Positions 18,463-27,795 of a DNA stretch of 64,000 nucleotides are shown piece by piece (the first letter of the stretch is position 1; every line of letters starts with the position of its first letter). The notes under the pieces were generated by a model. It was not told where the DNA came from, searched no databases, and worked only from the letters and a program-made list of their open reading frames with translations. Origin of the DNA: Actinomycetota bacterium (GTDB taxonomy: Bacteria; Actinomycetota; CADDZG01; JAHWKV01); assembly GCA_046262935.1 (NCBI GenBank), contig JBHELT010000074.1, positions 13,251-77,250 of the forward strand, in the 5' to 3' direction. A program made the position numbers and the translations under genes.

Positions 18463-19200
18463 GTGGAAGGTCAGCAAGTCTTCGCCGAAGCCTGGGGGCC
18501 CGGTGCGCATTGGCTGCTTCACCACCTGCCCACTTTGATCGGTGCCGATGATGACCCCTCGGCTCTGATCGCCCAAGAGCCGCTCGTTGAGCGGATGCAA
18601 AGACGCGCGGGGTGGTTGCGGATGGGACGAACACATGCGGTGTTCGAGGCGGCGCTACCAACTGTCATCGAGCAGAAAGTGACTGGCCTCGAGGCCAAAC
18701 GTTCATATTTCGCGCTGGTGAAGATGGCGGGCGAGCCCGCACCGGGCCCATTTGGCTTGATGTTGCCCCCTCATCCAGCCGCGATCGCCGCGATGCCGTA
18801 TCACTCGATGCATCCGCTGGGACTCGAGAAGCGCAGAGCCGACATCGTAAGACACATAGCGACCAATGCCGGTCGGTTGGAAGAAACATCAAAGATGCCT
18901 CTAGACGCTGCCTATCGTCGCCTTCTGGCCATCCCCGGTATCGGTCAGTGGACGGCGGCTGAAGTTGCCAGCTCCGCATTGGGCGACGTCGATGCGGTAA
19001 GCGTTGGTGACTATCACTTGAAGAACATCGTCTGTTATGCGTTCACGGGCGAACCGCGAGGAACCGACGAACGGATGCTGGAACTCCTCGAACCCTATCG
19101 AGGTCAAAGGGGCCGGGTGGTAAGGATGATCAAACTCACCTGCAAGATGCCACCGCGCTTTGGCCCCCGTATGCCCATCAGATCGTTCGCTCGGGACTGA
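18463..19200 (+). CDS. HhH-GPD superfamily DNA glycosylase (AlkA-like 3-methyladenine DNA glycosylase II)
   Basis: Helix-hairpin-helix LLAIPGIGQWTAAEVASSALGDVDAVSVGDYHL with the catalytic Asp following the GxG hairpin. Confidence 0.7.
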   Translation: MEGQQVFAEAWGPGAHWLLHHLPTLIGADDDPSALIAQEPLVERMQRRAGWLRMGRTHAVFEAALPTVIEQKVTGLEAKRSYFALVKMAGEPAPGPFGLMLPPHPAAIAAMPYHSMHPLGLEKRRADIVRHIATNAGRLEETSKMPLDAAYRRLLAIPGIGQWTAAEVASSALGDVDAVSVGDYHLKNIVCYAFTGEPRGTDERMLELLEPYRGQRGRVVRMIKLTCKMPPRFGPRMPIRSFARD

Positions 19201-19238
19201 ACTCGCGGTTGGAACCGGCCGCCTGTTAGTGTGCCGCC

Positions 19239-20375
19239 ATGAAGATCGCCGACGTAAAAGCTTGGATATTTCACTCACCATTGGATTCGCCCTTCAAGCC
19301 GAGTTGGGTGCCCGGATACTCATCGATGATGAGCAGTGCCGTTATCTACGAACTCACCACAGACACCGGTATCTCGGGGATCGCCGGTGGCAACGCATTC
19401 GCGGATGAAGCGAAAGGCCCTGTCAATCTTCTGCGCGCTTACCTTTTGGGCATCGACGTCGACGATTCCGAACAGATCACGTCGCGGCTGGGGGCCCTGA
19501 ACCGTGTCCTCGGTATGCGCTCTTGGTTCATAGAAACTGCCTTTTGGGATATCCGAGGTAAGGCCTCCGGCAGATCCATCGCCGCCACGCTGGGAGCCAA
19601 CACCGATCGCGTAAGGGCTTATGCATCGACGGGCGAGCTTCGTGAACCCGAAGAAGCCGCGTCGCATGCTAAGAACATCGTGGCTCAGGGCTTCAAAGGG
19701 ATAAAGATCCGAACCCGCCACGACGAGCTCGACAAGGACATAGCGATGGTCCAAGCGGTTCGCGAAGCGGTCGGTGACACCGTGGCTGTGATGTGCGATG
19801 CGAATCAGGCTTGGCGCGTAGATGCCTTTGGTATCGGGCCAAGATGGGACTTAGAGCGTGCTGCCAAGACGGCCGAGGCGATGGAGACATACAACGTCGC
19901 ATGGCTAGAAGAACCCCTGGATATGTTCGATCTAAAAGGCTACGCCGAACTTCGTAAACGCAGCAGCACTCCGATCGCGGCCGGGGAACTTCACGGAGAA
20001 CCTTCGCTGGTTGGATTGCTTATCGACGCAGGTGGAGTTGACATTGTTCAACCAGACCTTGTTTTCACGGGCGGGATAAGTGGTGCTTGGGGCCTTGCAC
20101 AGAAGGCATTGTCGAACGGCCTGCGATTCTCACCACATACATGGTCGAACGGGCTTGGACTTGCGGCCAACCTGCACCTGGCTGTGGCAGCACCCAATTG
20201 TGATTGGCTCGAATTTCCTTACGACCCACCAGGCTGGGTCCCCGAACACCGCGACGCGATGATCGACGAAGTTTTCGCTATCGACGACAACGGCGACGTA
20301 GTGCTGCCAACGGCCCCTGGTCTTGGGGTCGACATCAACCGCGAGAAACTGGAAACGTTCGCAGTAAGTATCTGA
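19239..20375 (+). CDS. enolase-superfamily enzyme (mandelate racemase/muconate lactonizing enzyme family)
   Basis: KIRTRHDELDKDIAMVQAVREAVG, metal-ligand region VMCDANQAW, AWLEEPLD. Confidence 0.8.
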   Translation: MKIADVKAWIFHSPLDSPFKPSWVPGYSSMMSSAVIYELTTDTGISGIAGGNAFADEAKGPVNLLRAYLLGIDVDDSEQITSRLGALNRVLGMRSWFIETAFWDIRGKASGRSIAATLGANTDRVRAYASTGELREPEEAASHAKNIVAQGFKGIKIRTRHDELDKDIAMVQAVREAVGDTVAVMCDANQAWRVDAFGIGPRWDLERAAKTAEAMETYNVAWLEEPLDMFDLKGYAELRKRSSTPIAAGELHGEPSLVGLLIDAGGVDIVQPDLVFTGGISGAWGLAQKALSNGLRFSPHTWSNGLGLAANLHLAVAAPNCDWLEFPYDPPGWVPEHRDAMIDEVFAIDDNGDVVLPTAPGLGVDINREKLETFAVSI

Positions 20376-20378
20376 TCA

Positions 20379-20420
20379 ATCTCGGGGGTTTAGCAGCTCC
20401 TGGCGCGGGAGGATTGGCGT
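20379..20420 (+). repeat. partial (5' half) copy of the dispersed hairpin repeat family
   Basis: atctcgggggtttagcagctcctggcgcggg matches the conserved left arm of the repeat. Confidence 0.5.
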
Positions 20421-20437
20421 AGCCGCGGTATTTTGGT

Positions 20438-20451
20438 ACACTAATTAGTGT
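20438..20451. promoter_or_regulatory. perfect 14-bp palindrome ACACTAATTAGTGT 27 bp upstream of marR (candidate MarR operator)
   Basis: Exact dyad symmetry in an AT-rich context immediately upstream of the MarR-family gene. Confidence 0.45.
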
Positions 20452-20477
20452 CCCTAACTATCTAGGACGGTGGTGCA

Positions 20478-20921
20478 GTGGCGAACCAAACGATCACCCA
20501 AGTCGATCCAGATCTGGTTTCTGGACTCCGGCTTATCTTGATGCGACTCGCTCGCAGACTCCGCCAGCAGGCCGAGGGTGAAGTGACCCCTTCGATGCTC
20601 TCGGCCCTTTCGAGTATCGAACGTCAAGGTCCCCTCACGCTCGGAGATCTCGCGGCAGTGGAGAGGATCTCGGCCCCAACGATGACAACCATCATCAGCC
20701 GCTTGCTCGAGGCCGGTCTAATAGTCAAACAGGTCGATGCGAATGACCGACGGTTCGCTCGAGTGGGGCTGAGCCCCGAAGGCAAGCGCTACGTCACCAA
20801 GAGCCGATCCCGCAAGGACGCATACCTCGCGCACAGGCTTGCCGGGCTAACTCCCGAGCAGCTCAAGGTGCTTGGGCAAGCGGTCACCATCCTCGAATCC
20901 ATCCTCGAGGAACAGCCATGA
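20478..20921 (+). CDS. MarR-family transcriptional regulator
   Basis: Winged-helix region LGDLAAVERISAPTMTTIISRLLEAGLIVKQVDANDRRFARVGLSPEG; overlaps the downstream MFS gene by 4 nt. Confidence 0.85.
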   Translation: MANQTITQVDPDLVSGLRLILMRLARRLRQQAEGEVTPSMLSALSSIERQGPLTLGDLAAVERISAPTMTTIISRLLEAGLIVKQVDANDRRFARVGLSPEGKRYVTKSRSRKDAYLAHRLAGLTPEQLKVLGQAVTILESILEEQP

Positions 20922-22216
20922 CCCTATTGAGACGCGCGACCGCAAGAACTTTCCATAGCTTGACCATCAGGAATTACCGCTTGTACTTCATAGGGCAGAT
21001 CGTCTCGATGAGCGGCACTTGGATGCAAACCGTCGCGCAGAGTTGGCTGGTCCTGAAGCTGACAAATAGCGCCTTCGCTCTTGGATTGACTGTCGCCCTG
21101 CAGTTCCTGCCGGTGCTCCTGTTCGGAGCATGGGGCGGTGTCATAGCAGACCGTTTCGATAAAAGACGGGCTCTGCTCGTCACCCAATCGTTGATGGGGA
21201 CCTTGGCACTCATCCTCGGACTGCTCACCGCGACCGGCACGGTCCGCCTCTGGATGGTGTACCTACTGGCTGGAGCATTCGGCATGGTTGCCGTTTTCGA
21301 CATACCGGCCCGCCAAAGTTTCGTAGTAGAGATGGTCGGTCCCGAAGACCTCACCAACGCGGTTGGCCTGAACAGCACCATCTTCACTGCGTCTCGGGTT
21401 ATCGGACCGGCGATCGCCGGATTGCTGATAGCGCGGGTTGGGCTTTCTTGGTGCTTCCTGATCAATGCCGCCTCTTACCTCGGGGTGCTTGCAGGGTTGA
21501 TCGCGATGGACCAATCAAAACTCATGCGCCGCGCCCCCGTTTCACGCGCAAAGGGACAGTTGATGGAGGGCCTGCGCTACGTTCGCTCGACCCCTATCCT
21601 TCTTTGGAGTCTGCTGATGATGGCGGTCGTGGGCACCCTTACTTTTAACTACCAGGTCCTCCTGCCTCTATTCGCCAAGAACGTGTTCAAGGGTGACGCA
21701 AGTACGTTCGGTCTTCTTAGTTCAGTCCTGGGTGTTGGCGCGGTTGTAGGGGCCCTAGTTTCGGCCAGCCGCCGGCAGCCAAGCGTCACAGTGTTGATCG
21801 TGGCATCACTTGTGGCCGGCGTTGCACTGATCCTGGGAGCAGCGGCCCCGACGATCCAACTTGAGATGGCAGCGCTTATCGTGATCGGCGCTTTCAGCAT
21901 CATCTTCATCTCTACTTCCAACTCGATGCTTCAACTGAACTCGGCCGACCACATGAGGGGCAGAGTGATGGCCCTTTACTCGGTCGTGTTCGTCGGGAGT
22001 GCCCCCATCGGCGGCCCGATAGTCGGCTGGATCGCTCAGCAGTCCGGCCCCCGGTCTGGATTCCTCGTCGGGGGGTTGTCGGCGATACTCGTATCGGCCG
22101 TCGCCTTCACTGCAAGGCTTCGGATCGCCCGCAGAGCCCGTCTCGTCACGTCGATCAGCAGCGACAGCGTTGATTTCGAACCCACCGCCGTTGAACACGA
22201 AACCGCGGTGGTGTGA
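20918..22216 (+). CDS. MFS transporter
   Basis: 12-TM topology; MFS motif GGVIADRFDKRRALL between TM2 and TM3. Confidence 0.8.
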   Translation: MTLLRRATARTFHSLTIRNYRLYFIGQIVSMSGTWMQTVAQSWLVLKLTNSAFALGLTVALQFLPVLLFGAWGGVIADRFDKRRALLVTQSLMGTLALILGLLTATGTVRLWMVYLLAGAFGMVAVFDIPARQSFVVEMVGPEDLTNAVGLNSTIFTASRVIGPAIAGLLIARVGLSWCFLINAASYLGVLAGLIAMDQSKLMRRAPVSRAKGQLMEGLRYVRSTPILLWSLLMMAVVGTLTFNYQVLLPLFAKNVFKGDASTFGLLSSVLGVGAVVGALVSASRRQPSVTVLIVASLVAGVALILGAAAPTIQLEMAALIVIGAFSIIFISTSNSMLQLNSADHMRGRVMALYSVVFVGSAPIGGPIVGWIAQQSGPRSGFLVGGLSAILVSAVAFTARLRIARRARLVTSISSDSVDFEPTAVEHETAVV

Positions 22217-22217
22217 T

Positions 22218-24047
22218 TCAGTCGTAGCGTGAAGCCTGCAGCCTGAACAATTCCGCGTAACGCGCGTCGGCGGCCATCAGTTCATCGTGCGTGCCGATCT
22301 GCTCGATCTCTCCCTCGTTCAACACCACGATGAGCTCCGCCATCCTGACCGTCGAGAAGCGGTGTGAAACCAGCAGCGTGATGGGATCGTTCGCTCCACG
22401 GCCTGCTGCCATCTCGGCGAACCGCTCGAAGACGTCGTGCTCGGCCCTGGCATCCAGACTCGCTGTTGGTTCATCGAGCACGACCAGGATCGGTGTTGGT
22501 CGCATCGCTCCCCTTGCAAGGGCCACGCGTTGCCACTCGCCTTCTGACAGATCAACACCGTCCTCGAATTCGCGGCCAAGCTGGGTATCGGCTCCATGAG
22601 GAAGCTTGTTGATAACGCTAAGGGCTCCGGCCATTCGGGCAGCCGTTGCAACCGCAGCGCCATCTTCGATGGCACCTAAGTCACCAACTCCGACGGCCTC
22701 GCGGGCGAGCAACTGGAAACGGACGAAGTCTTGGAAGCCAGCGCCTGTGCGGTTGCGCCAATCTTCGAGGTCGAGATCACGAAGATCCATATCGTCAACC
22801 ATGATCCTGCCTTCGGTGGGGTCATAGAAACGGCAGAGCAATTTGACGAGGCTGGTCTTGCCCGCTCCGTTCTCTCCCACAAGCGCAACGGTCGACCCCG
22901 CAAGTATGAAGAATGAGACCCCCTTGAGAACCGTCTTGTCAGTACCCGGATATGTGAACGAGACGTTATCGAAAGTGATGCCGCGCACGATGCGTTCGGG
23001 GGCGGGGTAAACCTTTTCTCTTATCTGCACATCGGGTTCGTATTCGAGCATCCATAGGTATCTTTCTCCCACCAAGGAGAGCTCCGCCAGCCAAGCGAAC
23101 ATACTCGCCGCCATCTCGACATGACCGATAACCATCCTCGCAACCGCTACACCCATGACAACCTCACCGAAGGTTGCTTTACCACGCAGCGCCAGCCACC
23201 CGATGAATCCGATCGACGCCGCGAGCGTCGCCCCGTAGAGGGCGCCGCTTGCTACCCCGACAGCAGACCGCTTAAGCCGATCGGCGTACAACTTCTTGAT
23301 GTAACGATCGGTTAACTCCTTGTGCCTGCCGACGAGAAGGTTCCTAAGGCCGAACAGTCGCACCTCTTTCGCCGATTTATCCTCGGTGAGAAGTTGCATG
23401 TAATGCGAAGCCAGTCGGTCTTCTGGCGCGGTCTCGTCGAATTTAGCGAAGTGCTTCCGCAGTGTTTTGAACTGAAGCAAACTACTGGGGACGGCAACGA
23501 CCGGCATGAGCAGGAGCAGAGGGTGTATGGACCCGAGCAGGATCAACGCGGCCACCAATCCAAAAACCATGTAAGCCAAAGCATTCACATTGGCAAGAGC
23601 ACTGAACGGAACGTAACTCTGATCGCGAACCAACTTGATCTTGTCGGCGAATTCTGGCCGCTCGAGGTGATCCAGGCCCGGGACCCCCATAACTATGCTC
23701 ATGATCCGGCGATCAACCTCTTGGCTGATCCTGTCGCCCATATCGAACTGCATCAGGCCCAACAGGTCTTGGACGATCGTTGCCAACCCCATCGCGACCA
23801 AGAATGCGATGGCTGCAACAACTGCCGCGTGGAAGTGATGGATCTTAAGGGCATCGATAACGAACTTGCTTATAAGGCTGCGAATGGCCCCCGAAACGCC
23901 CAGTATCACCATGCACGCCAGCAGAAGGATGGAGCGACTCTTGGCAGCCACCCACGCCATATTCAGGATCGTGCCATAGACCTTGAACATCCTCTTCAAG
24001 GTTTGGCGAGGCACCTCAGGTGTCTTCGTTGGCTGTTCGGTACTCAT
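22218..24047 (-). CDS. ABC transporter, fused permease/ATP-binding subunit (type I exporter half-transporter)
   Basis: N-terminal 6-TM domain; Walker A GENGAGKTS, signature LSEGEWQRVALARGA, Walker B LVVLDEPT. Confidence 0.9.
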   Translation of the reverse strand: MSTEQPTKTPEVPRQTLKRMFKVYGTILNMAWVAAKSRSILLLACMVILGVSGAIRSLISKFVIDALKIHHFHAAVVAAIAFLVAMGLATIVQDLLGLMQFDMGDRISQEVDRRIMSIVMGVPGLDHLERPEFADKIKLVRDQSYVPFSALANVNALAYMVFGLVAALILLGSIHPLLLLMPVVAVPSSLLQFKTLRKHFAKFDETAPEDRLASHYMQLLTEDKSAKEVRLFGLRNLLVGRHKELTDRYIKKLYADRLKRSAVGVASGALYGATLAASIGFIGWLALRGKATFGEVVMGVAVARMVIGHVEMAASMFAWLAELSLVGERYLWMLEYEPDVQIREKVYPAPERIVRGITFDNVSFTYPGTDKTVLKGVSFFILAGSTVALVGENGAGKTSLVKLLCRFYDPTEGRIMVDDMDLRDLDLEDWRNRTGAGFQDFVRFQLLAREAVGVGDLGAIEDGAAVATAARMAGALSVINKLPHGADTQLGREFEDGVDLSEGEWQRVALARGAMRPTPILVVLDEPTASLDARAEHDVFERFAEMAAGRGANDPITLLVSHRFSTVRMAELIVVLNEGEIEQIGTHDELMAADARYAELFRLQASRYD

Positions 24048-25912
24048 TCGAGGACTCCGGTCATTCGATAGTGCGAAGCCTGCATCTCGTACAGTTCGGC
24101 GTAACGGCCCCCTAGGGCCATGAGTTGATCGTGATCGCCGTCTTCCTTTATACGGCCTGCTTCCAAGAACACGATCCGGTGGGCCATGCGAACGGTGGAG
24201 AAACGATGCGACACAAGCAAAGTAGTTCGTCCAGCCGACAGCTCAGCGAAGTGTTCATACAGGTCGTGCTCGAGGCGAACATCCAGACTGGCTGTGGGTT
24301 CATCCAGGATCAGTACATCGGCATCGCGACCGATCTGGGCCATCATGGCCCGCGCAAGCGCGACTCGCTGCCACTCTCCTCCGGAAAGATCTACGCCATC
24401 GAACTCGCGGGCCAAGGGAGTATCCCAAGATGAGGGAAGTTCCTCGATCTTCTCGAGCACTCCAACCCTTCGCGCCGCTTCTCGAAGAGCGCTCTCATCG
24501 TTGATGCTGTCAACCGCACCGAACCCAACGTTGTCTCTCGCCGGGAGATGGTAGTGGACGAAGTCTTGGAATATCACAGCAAGACGCCTGCGAAGACTCT
24601 CGATATCGAACTGCCTGATGTCGATCCCGTCGAGCAAGATGCGCCCTTCGGTGGGATCGTAGAAACGACACATCAACTTGATCAGTGTGGTCTTACCAGC
24701 CCCATTCTCGCCGACCAGGGCTATCGAACTACCGTGCGGTATCCAAAGATCCAAGTCGTCGAGGATCTTTCGCTCGGTCCCCGGGTAAACGAAAGTGACC
24801 CCCTCGAAAATGATCCCTTGCCTGACGGTCGACGAGGCGTCCTTGGTTCCCGATACATCCAAGCGCGGATCGTCCTTTGCAAGTTTCATCAGTTGGAACG
24901 CAACCGGCAGATAAAAATTACTCTGTCTCATCCAAGTTGCCGCTTGGAATGCGGCCATAACTGCAGTCGTCATGCCGACAACAGCCATCGACCCTGCCGC
25001 GAAACTTCCGATGCTTATCGTACGTTTGAACACAGCATTCAGCATCGCGATGTACGCGTAGCTCATCGCCGCGATGGCAGGGACCTGCAGCGCCAGACGG
25101 ATGATCAAACTGCGCTGACGCTTCTTCCATGTCTCCCTAACACCCTCGAGCCAGAACCCTGCTTGCCTTCCAAGCAACCATTCTTTCAACCGGAAGATCC
25201 TAAGTTCCTTGGCCGATTCGATCCGCAGGGCGAGGTTCCGGTAATAATCGGCCTTGCGAACGGTCGGCGAATGTCTCCATCGAGCCAAACCGATACCGGC
25301 CTCGAAATACACAGCGGCTATCCCGGCAGGCAACGCCGCACCGATGACAACGAAGGGGGCCCAGGGAGCGAAGAACTTTCCCACGACGAATGAGAGACCG
25401 ACCAGTTGAGTCAATTGTTGGAATCCCTGATTGAACGCGGCGATGCTGTTGACGGGAGCCCACCCGACCCACTCCGACACCTTCAACTTGTCCCTGAATT
25501 TCGGGTCCTCGAAATACGCTATGCCAGGCAGTTCCGCAACCGCGACCATCATCTGTCTGGTCAAGAAGGCGTGGAACCTGCGTTCCAGGCCGAACTGTGC
25601 GACTCCTTGGATAGGGCCAAGAACCTGGCTCGCCAAGATCGCACCCGCGATCCAGATGAGTGAGGTCCTTGCGTGAACGGCGCTAGCGCTTGCGAGACCG
25701 TGCCCGATGGCTTGCGGTATGGCCGACATGAACAGTCCGGTCTGCGCAACGATGACTGCTGGTATCAGACCTTGCAATGCCGTCAAGCCTAAAGAGGCCA
25801 ACGCGAAGAAAGGCGTCGACCTCAGCACGAGGAATGTGCCCTTCAGATTGGCAGCTAGTTCCTCTTGCCAGGACACCTTGTACTTTGGATCGAAGTCCCT
25901 CGGCATTGACAT
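24044..25912 (-). CDS. ABC transporter, fused permease/ATP-binding subunit (partner half-transporter)
   Basis: Same architecture: GENGAGKTT, LSGGEWQRVALARAM, LILDEPT; 4-nt overlap with the partner gene suggests a heterodimeric exporter. Confidence 0.9.
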   Translation of the reverse strand: MSMPRDFDPKYKVSWQEELAANLKGTFLVLRSTPFFALASLGLTALQGLIPAVIVAQTGLFMSAIPQAIGHGLASASAVHARTSLIWIAGAILASQVLGPIQGVAQFGLERRFHAFLTRQMMVAVAELPGIAYFEDPKFRDKLKVSEWVGWAPVNSIAAFNQGFQQLTQLVGLSFVVGKFFAPWAPFVVIGAALPAGIAAVYFEAGIGLARWRHSPTVRKADYYRNLALRIESAKELRIFRLKEWLLGRQAGFWLEGVRETWKKRQRSLIIRLALQVPAIAAMSYAYIAMLNAVFKRTISIGSFAAGSMAVVGMTTAVMAAFQAATWMRQSNFYLPVAFQLMKLAKDDPRLDVSGTKDASSTVRQGIIFEGVTFVYPGTERKILDDLDLWIPHGSSIALVGENGAGKTTLIKLMCRFYDPTEGRILLDGIDIRQFDIESLRRRLAVIFQDFVHYHLPARDNVGFGAVDSINDESALREAARRVGVLEKIEELPSSWDTPLAREFDGVDLSGGEWQRVALARAMMAQIGRDADVLILDEPTASLDVRLEHDLYEHFAELSAGRTTLLVSHRFSTVRMAHRIVFLEAGRIKEDGDHDQLMALGGRYAELYEMQASHYRMTGVLE

Positions 25913-25969
25913 AGCGTGACCGCAACAGGCGTTGGAAGCAAACGAACTTGATGCTGTAAACTCGTATCA

Positions 25970-27178
25970 GTGACGCCCTCCGCGAAGCAACTTCCCGCTG
26001 GCGCTTGGTACGAGCCCCCCAAGTGGGTTGGCGATTGGGAATCCCTAAGAGCACAGTGGCCACTCGATCGATCGATCACATTCGTAAACCACGGATCCTT
26101 CGGAGCATGCCCAACGCCTGTTCTGGATGTCCAGGCGGCGTTGCGTGAAGAGCTCGAGCGCGATCCGATGGATTTCTTGGAGCGCAAGATCGACCCTCTC
26201 ATCGAGGCCGCGATCGCCTCGGTGGCTGGGTTCCTGGGAGCTCGCGCGGATGACCTGGTCTTCGTTCAGAACGCCACCACGGCGGTAAATACCGTTCTGC
26301 AGAGTCTCGAACTCGGCCCCCAGGACGAAGTCCTGGTGACCGACCATACCTATAGCGGGGTCTTCAATACGGTGACGGAGGGGGCCCTGAAGAGGGGTTA
26401 CGGCGTCAAGGTTGTCCACCTTGGCCTTGACGCGAGTGACGATGAGATCGTTTCGGCCGTCCAAGGATCTCTCGGTTCCCGACCGAAACTCGCCATCATC
26501 GATCACATCACCTCAGCGACCGCAGTCGTGTTACCGATCGAACGCATCGTCGCGGCCTGCGCGGCCGAAGGCGTGATGGTCATGGTCGATGCGGCACATA
26601 CCCCGGGGATGTTCGATACCGACCTTGGCAAACTTCGTCCAGATTTTTGGACGGGGAACTTACATAAGTGGGTGTGCGCCCCAAAAGGCTGCGCCGTTCT
26701 TTACGTGCGCGAGGATCGTCAGGAAGGTATCCACCCACTCGTTCGCTCGCACGCCCACCTGACCCCGTTCACCGGCGAATTCGCATGGACGGGAACCCAC
26801 GACCCGACGGCGTTCTTGTCGGCACCGGAAGCGATCCATTTCTTCGATGCACTGGGGTGGGAAAAGGTGCGCGATTACAACTCACGTCTTGCACTGTACG
26901 GATCTGCCCTCATACACGAGGCATTAGGCACTAGGCCGGTGGTGCCAGACCGCACCAGCTCGAGCATGGCCCTCGTCGTTCTGCCCGATAACAAAGGCAA
27001 CACACGCGAGTCTGCATTGGCTTTCAGAGATGAGCTATTTCGGACCCATGGGATCGAGGTTCCAGTTGTTGCATGGGGGGGCATCGGCGCTCTTCGCATC
27101 TCCGCTCACGTTTACAATCGAGCAGAGGATTACGAGCGGCTTGCGGATGTTCTGCCCAAAGCCATCTCGGGCCGCTGA
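25970..27178 (+). CDS. class-V aminotransferase-fold PLP-dependent enzyme (isopenicillin-N-epimerase / cysteine-desulfurase-like; candidate ergothioneine C–S lyase EgtE)
   Basis: HTPGMFDTDLGKLRPDFWTGNLHKWVCAPKGCAVLYVR contains a PLP-lysine motif (NLHKW) typical of the class V fold; position is next to the egt cluster. Confidence 0.6.
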   Translation: MTPSAKQLPAGAWYEPPKWVGDWESLRAQWPLDRSITFVNHGSFGACPTPVLDVQAALREELERDPMDFLERKIDPLIEAAIASVAGFLGARADDLVFVQNATTAVNTVLQSLELGPQDEVLVTDHTYSGVFNTVTEGALKRGYGVKVVHLGLDASDDEIVSAVQGSLGSRPKLAIIDHITSATAVVLPIERIVAACAAEGVMVMVDAAHTPGMFDTDLGKLRPDFWTGNLHKWVCAPKGCAVLYVREDRQEGIHPLVRSHAHLTPFTGEFAWTGTHDPTAFLSAPEAIHFFDALGWEKVRDYNSRLALYGSALIHEALGTRPVVPDRTSSSMALVVLPDNKGNTRESALAFRDELFRTHGIEVPVVAWGGIGALRISAHVYNRAEDYERLADVLPKAISGR

Positions 27179-27218
27179 GCCATTAACCAAACCTAGTCGG
27201 GGTTGATATAACAAGACC

Positions 27219-27632
27219 ATGGCAAAACCAACGATCGGGGAAAGAACTGAAGTCCTGGCGACGATGCCCTTGTTCGCCGGCTTGTCTCAACGTTCTTTAC
27301 AGCGGATCTTAAAAGTAGCCAACGAGTTCGAGGCTCCCGCCGGCCAGATCATGGTGCAGCCTGGCATGCCAGGTTCGGGGATGTTCGTAATCGAGGAGGG
27401 CACGGTTGTGGCTCGCACCTCGCGCCGCGAGATCGAAATCGGTCCTGGCGAATGCTTCGGTGAGTTGGCGCTGCTGACCGACAGGGTCCGAACCGCAAGG
27501 GTTCAGGCTAAAACCGCGGTGACCTGCCTTGCCATCTCTCGCAGCGATTTCATCAAACTGCTGGAGACCGAACCCAAGATCGCTGTGCACCTACTCGAGA
27601 TCCTCGCGGGGCGCTTGGCCGACGCCAACTGA
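27219..27632 (+). CDS. stand-alone cyclic-nucleotide-binding domain protein, 137 aa (second paralog)
   Basis: FGELALLTDRVRTARVQAKTAVTCLAI and GQIMVQPGMPGSGMFVIEEGTV match the cNMP-binding fold. Confidence 0.7.
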   Translation: MAKPTIGERTEVLATMPLFAGLSQRSLQRILKVANEFEAPAGQIMVQPGMPGSGMFVIEEGTVVARTSRREIEIGPGECFGELALLTDRVRTARVQAKTAVTCLAISRSDFIKLLETEPKIAVHLLEILAGRLADAN

Positions 27633-27641
27633 TCGGTTTTA

Positions 27642-27795
27642 CCTCGGGGGCTTAGCAGCTTCTGGCGCGCGATGGTCATAACGGGACGGTGGCTGCTACA
27701 CCCCCGAACCCCCGGTTCGACCTCGGGGGTTTCGCAGCTTCTGGCGCGCGATGGTCATAACGGGACGGTGGCTGCTACACCCCCGAACCCCCGGT
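27642..27795 (+). repeat. two tandem copies (~79-bp period) of the dispersed hairpin repeat
   Basis: cctcggggg(c/t)tt(a/c)gcagcttctggcgcgcgatggtcataacgggacggtggctgctacacccccgaacccccggtt occurs twice back-to-back. Confidence 0.85.

Noticed and set aside
18325-18661. Minus-strand ORFs (103 and 89 aa) across the 18301-18463 intergenic region
   Set aside because: They overlap the start of the AlkA-like gene and consist of Arg/Pro-rich sequence; not credited as genes.
27770-27790. ggttcgacc string reminiscent of a tRNA T-arm
   Set aside because: It is part of the repeat unit (aacccccggttcgacctcggggg). No acceptor stem or anticodon arm can be built; no tRNA was detected by eye anywhere in the window.
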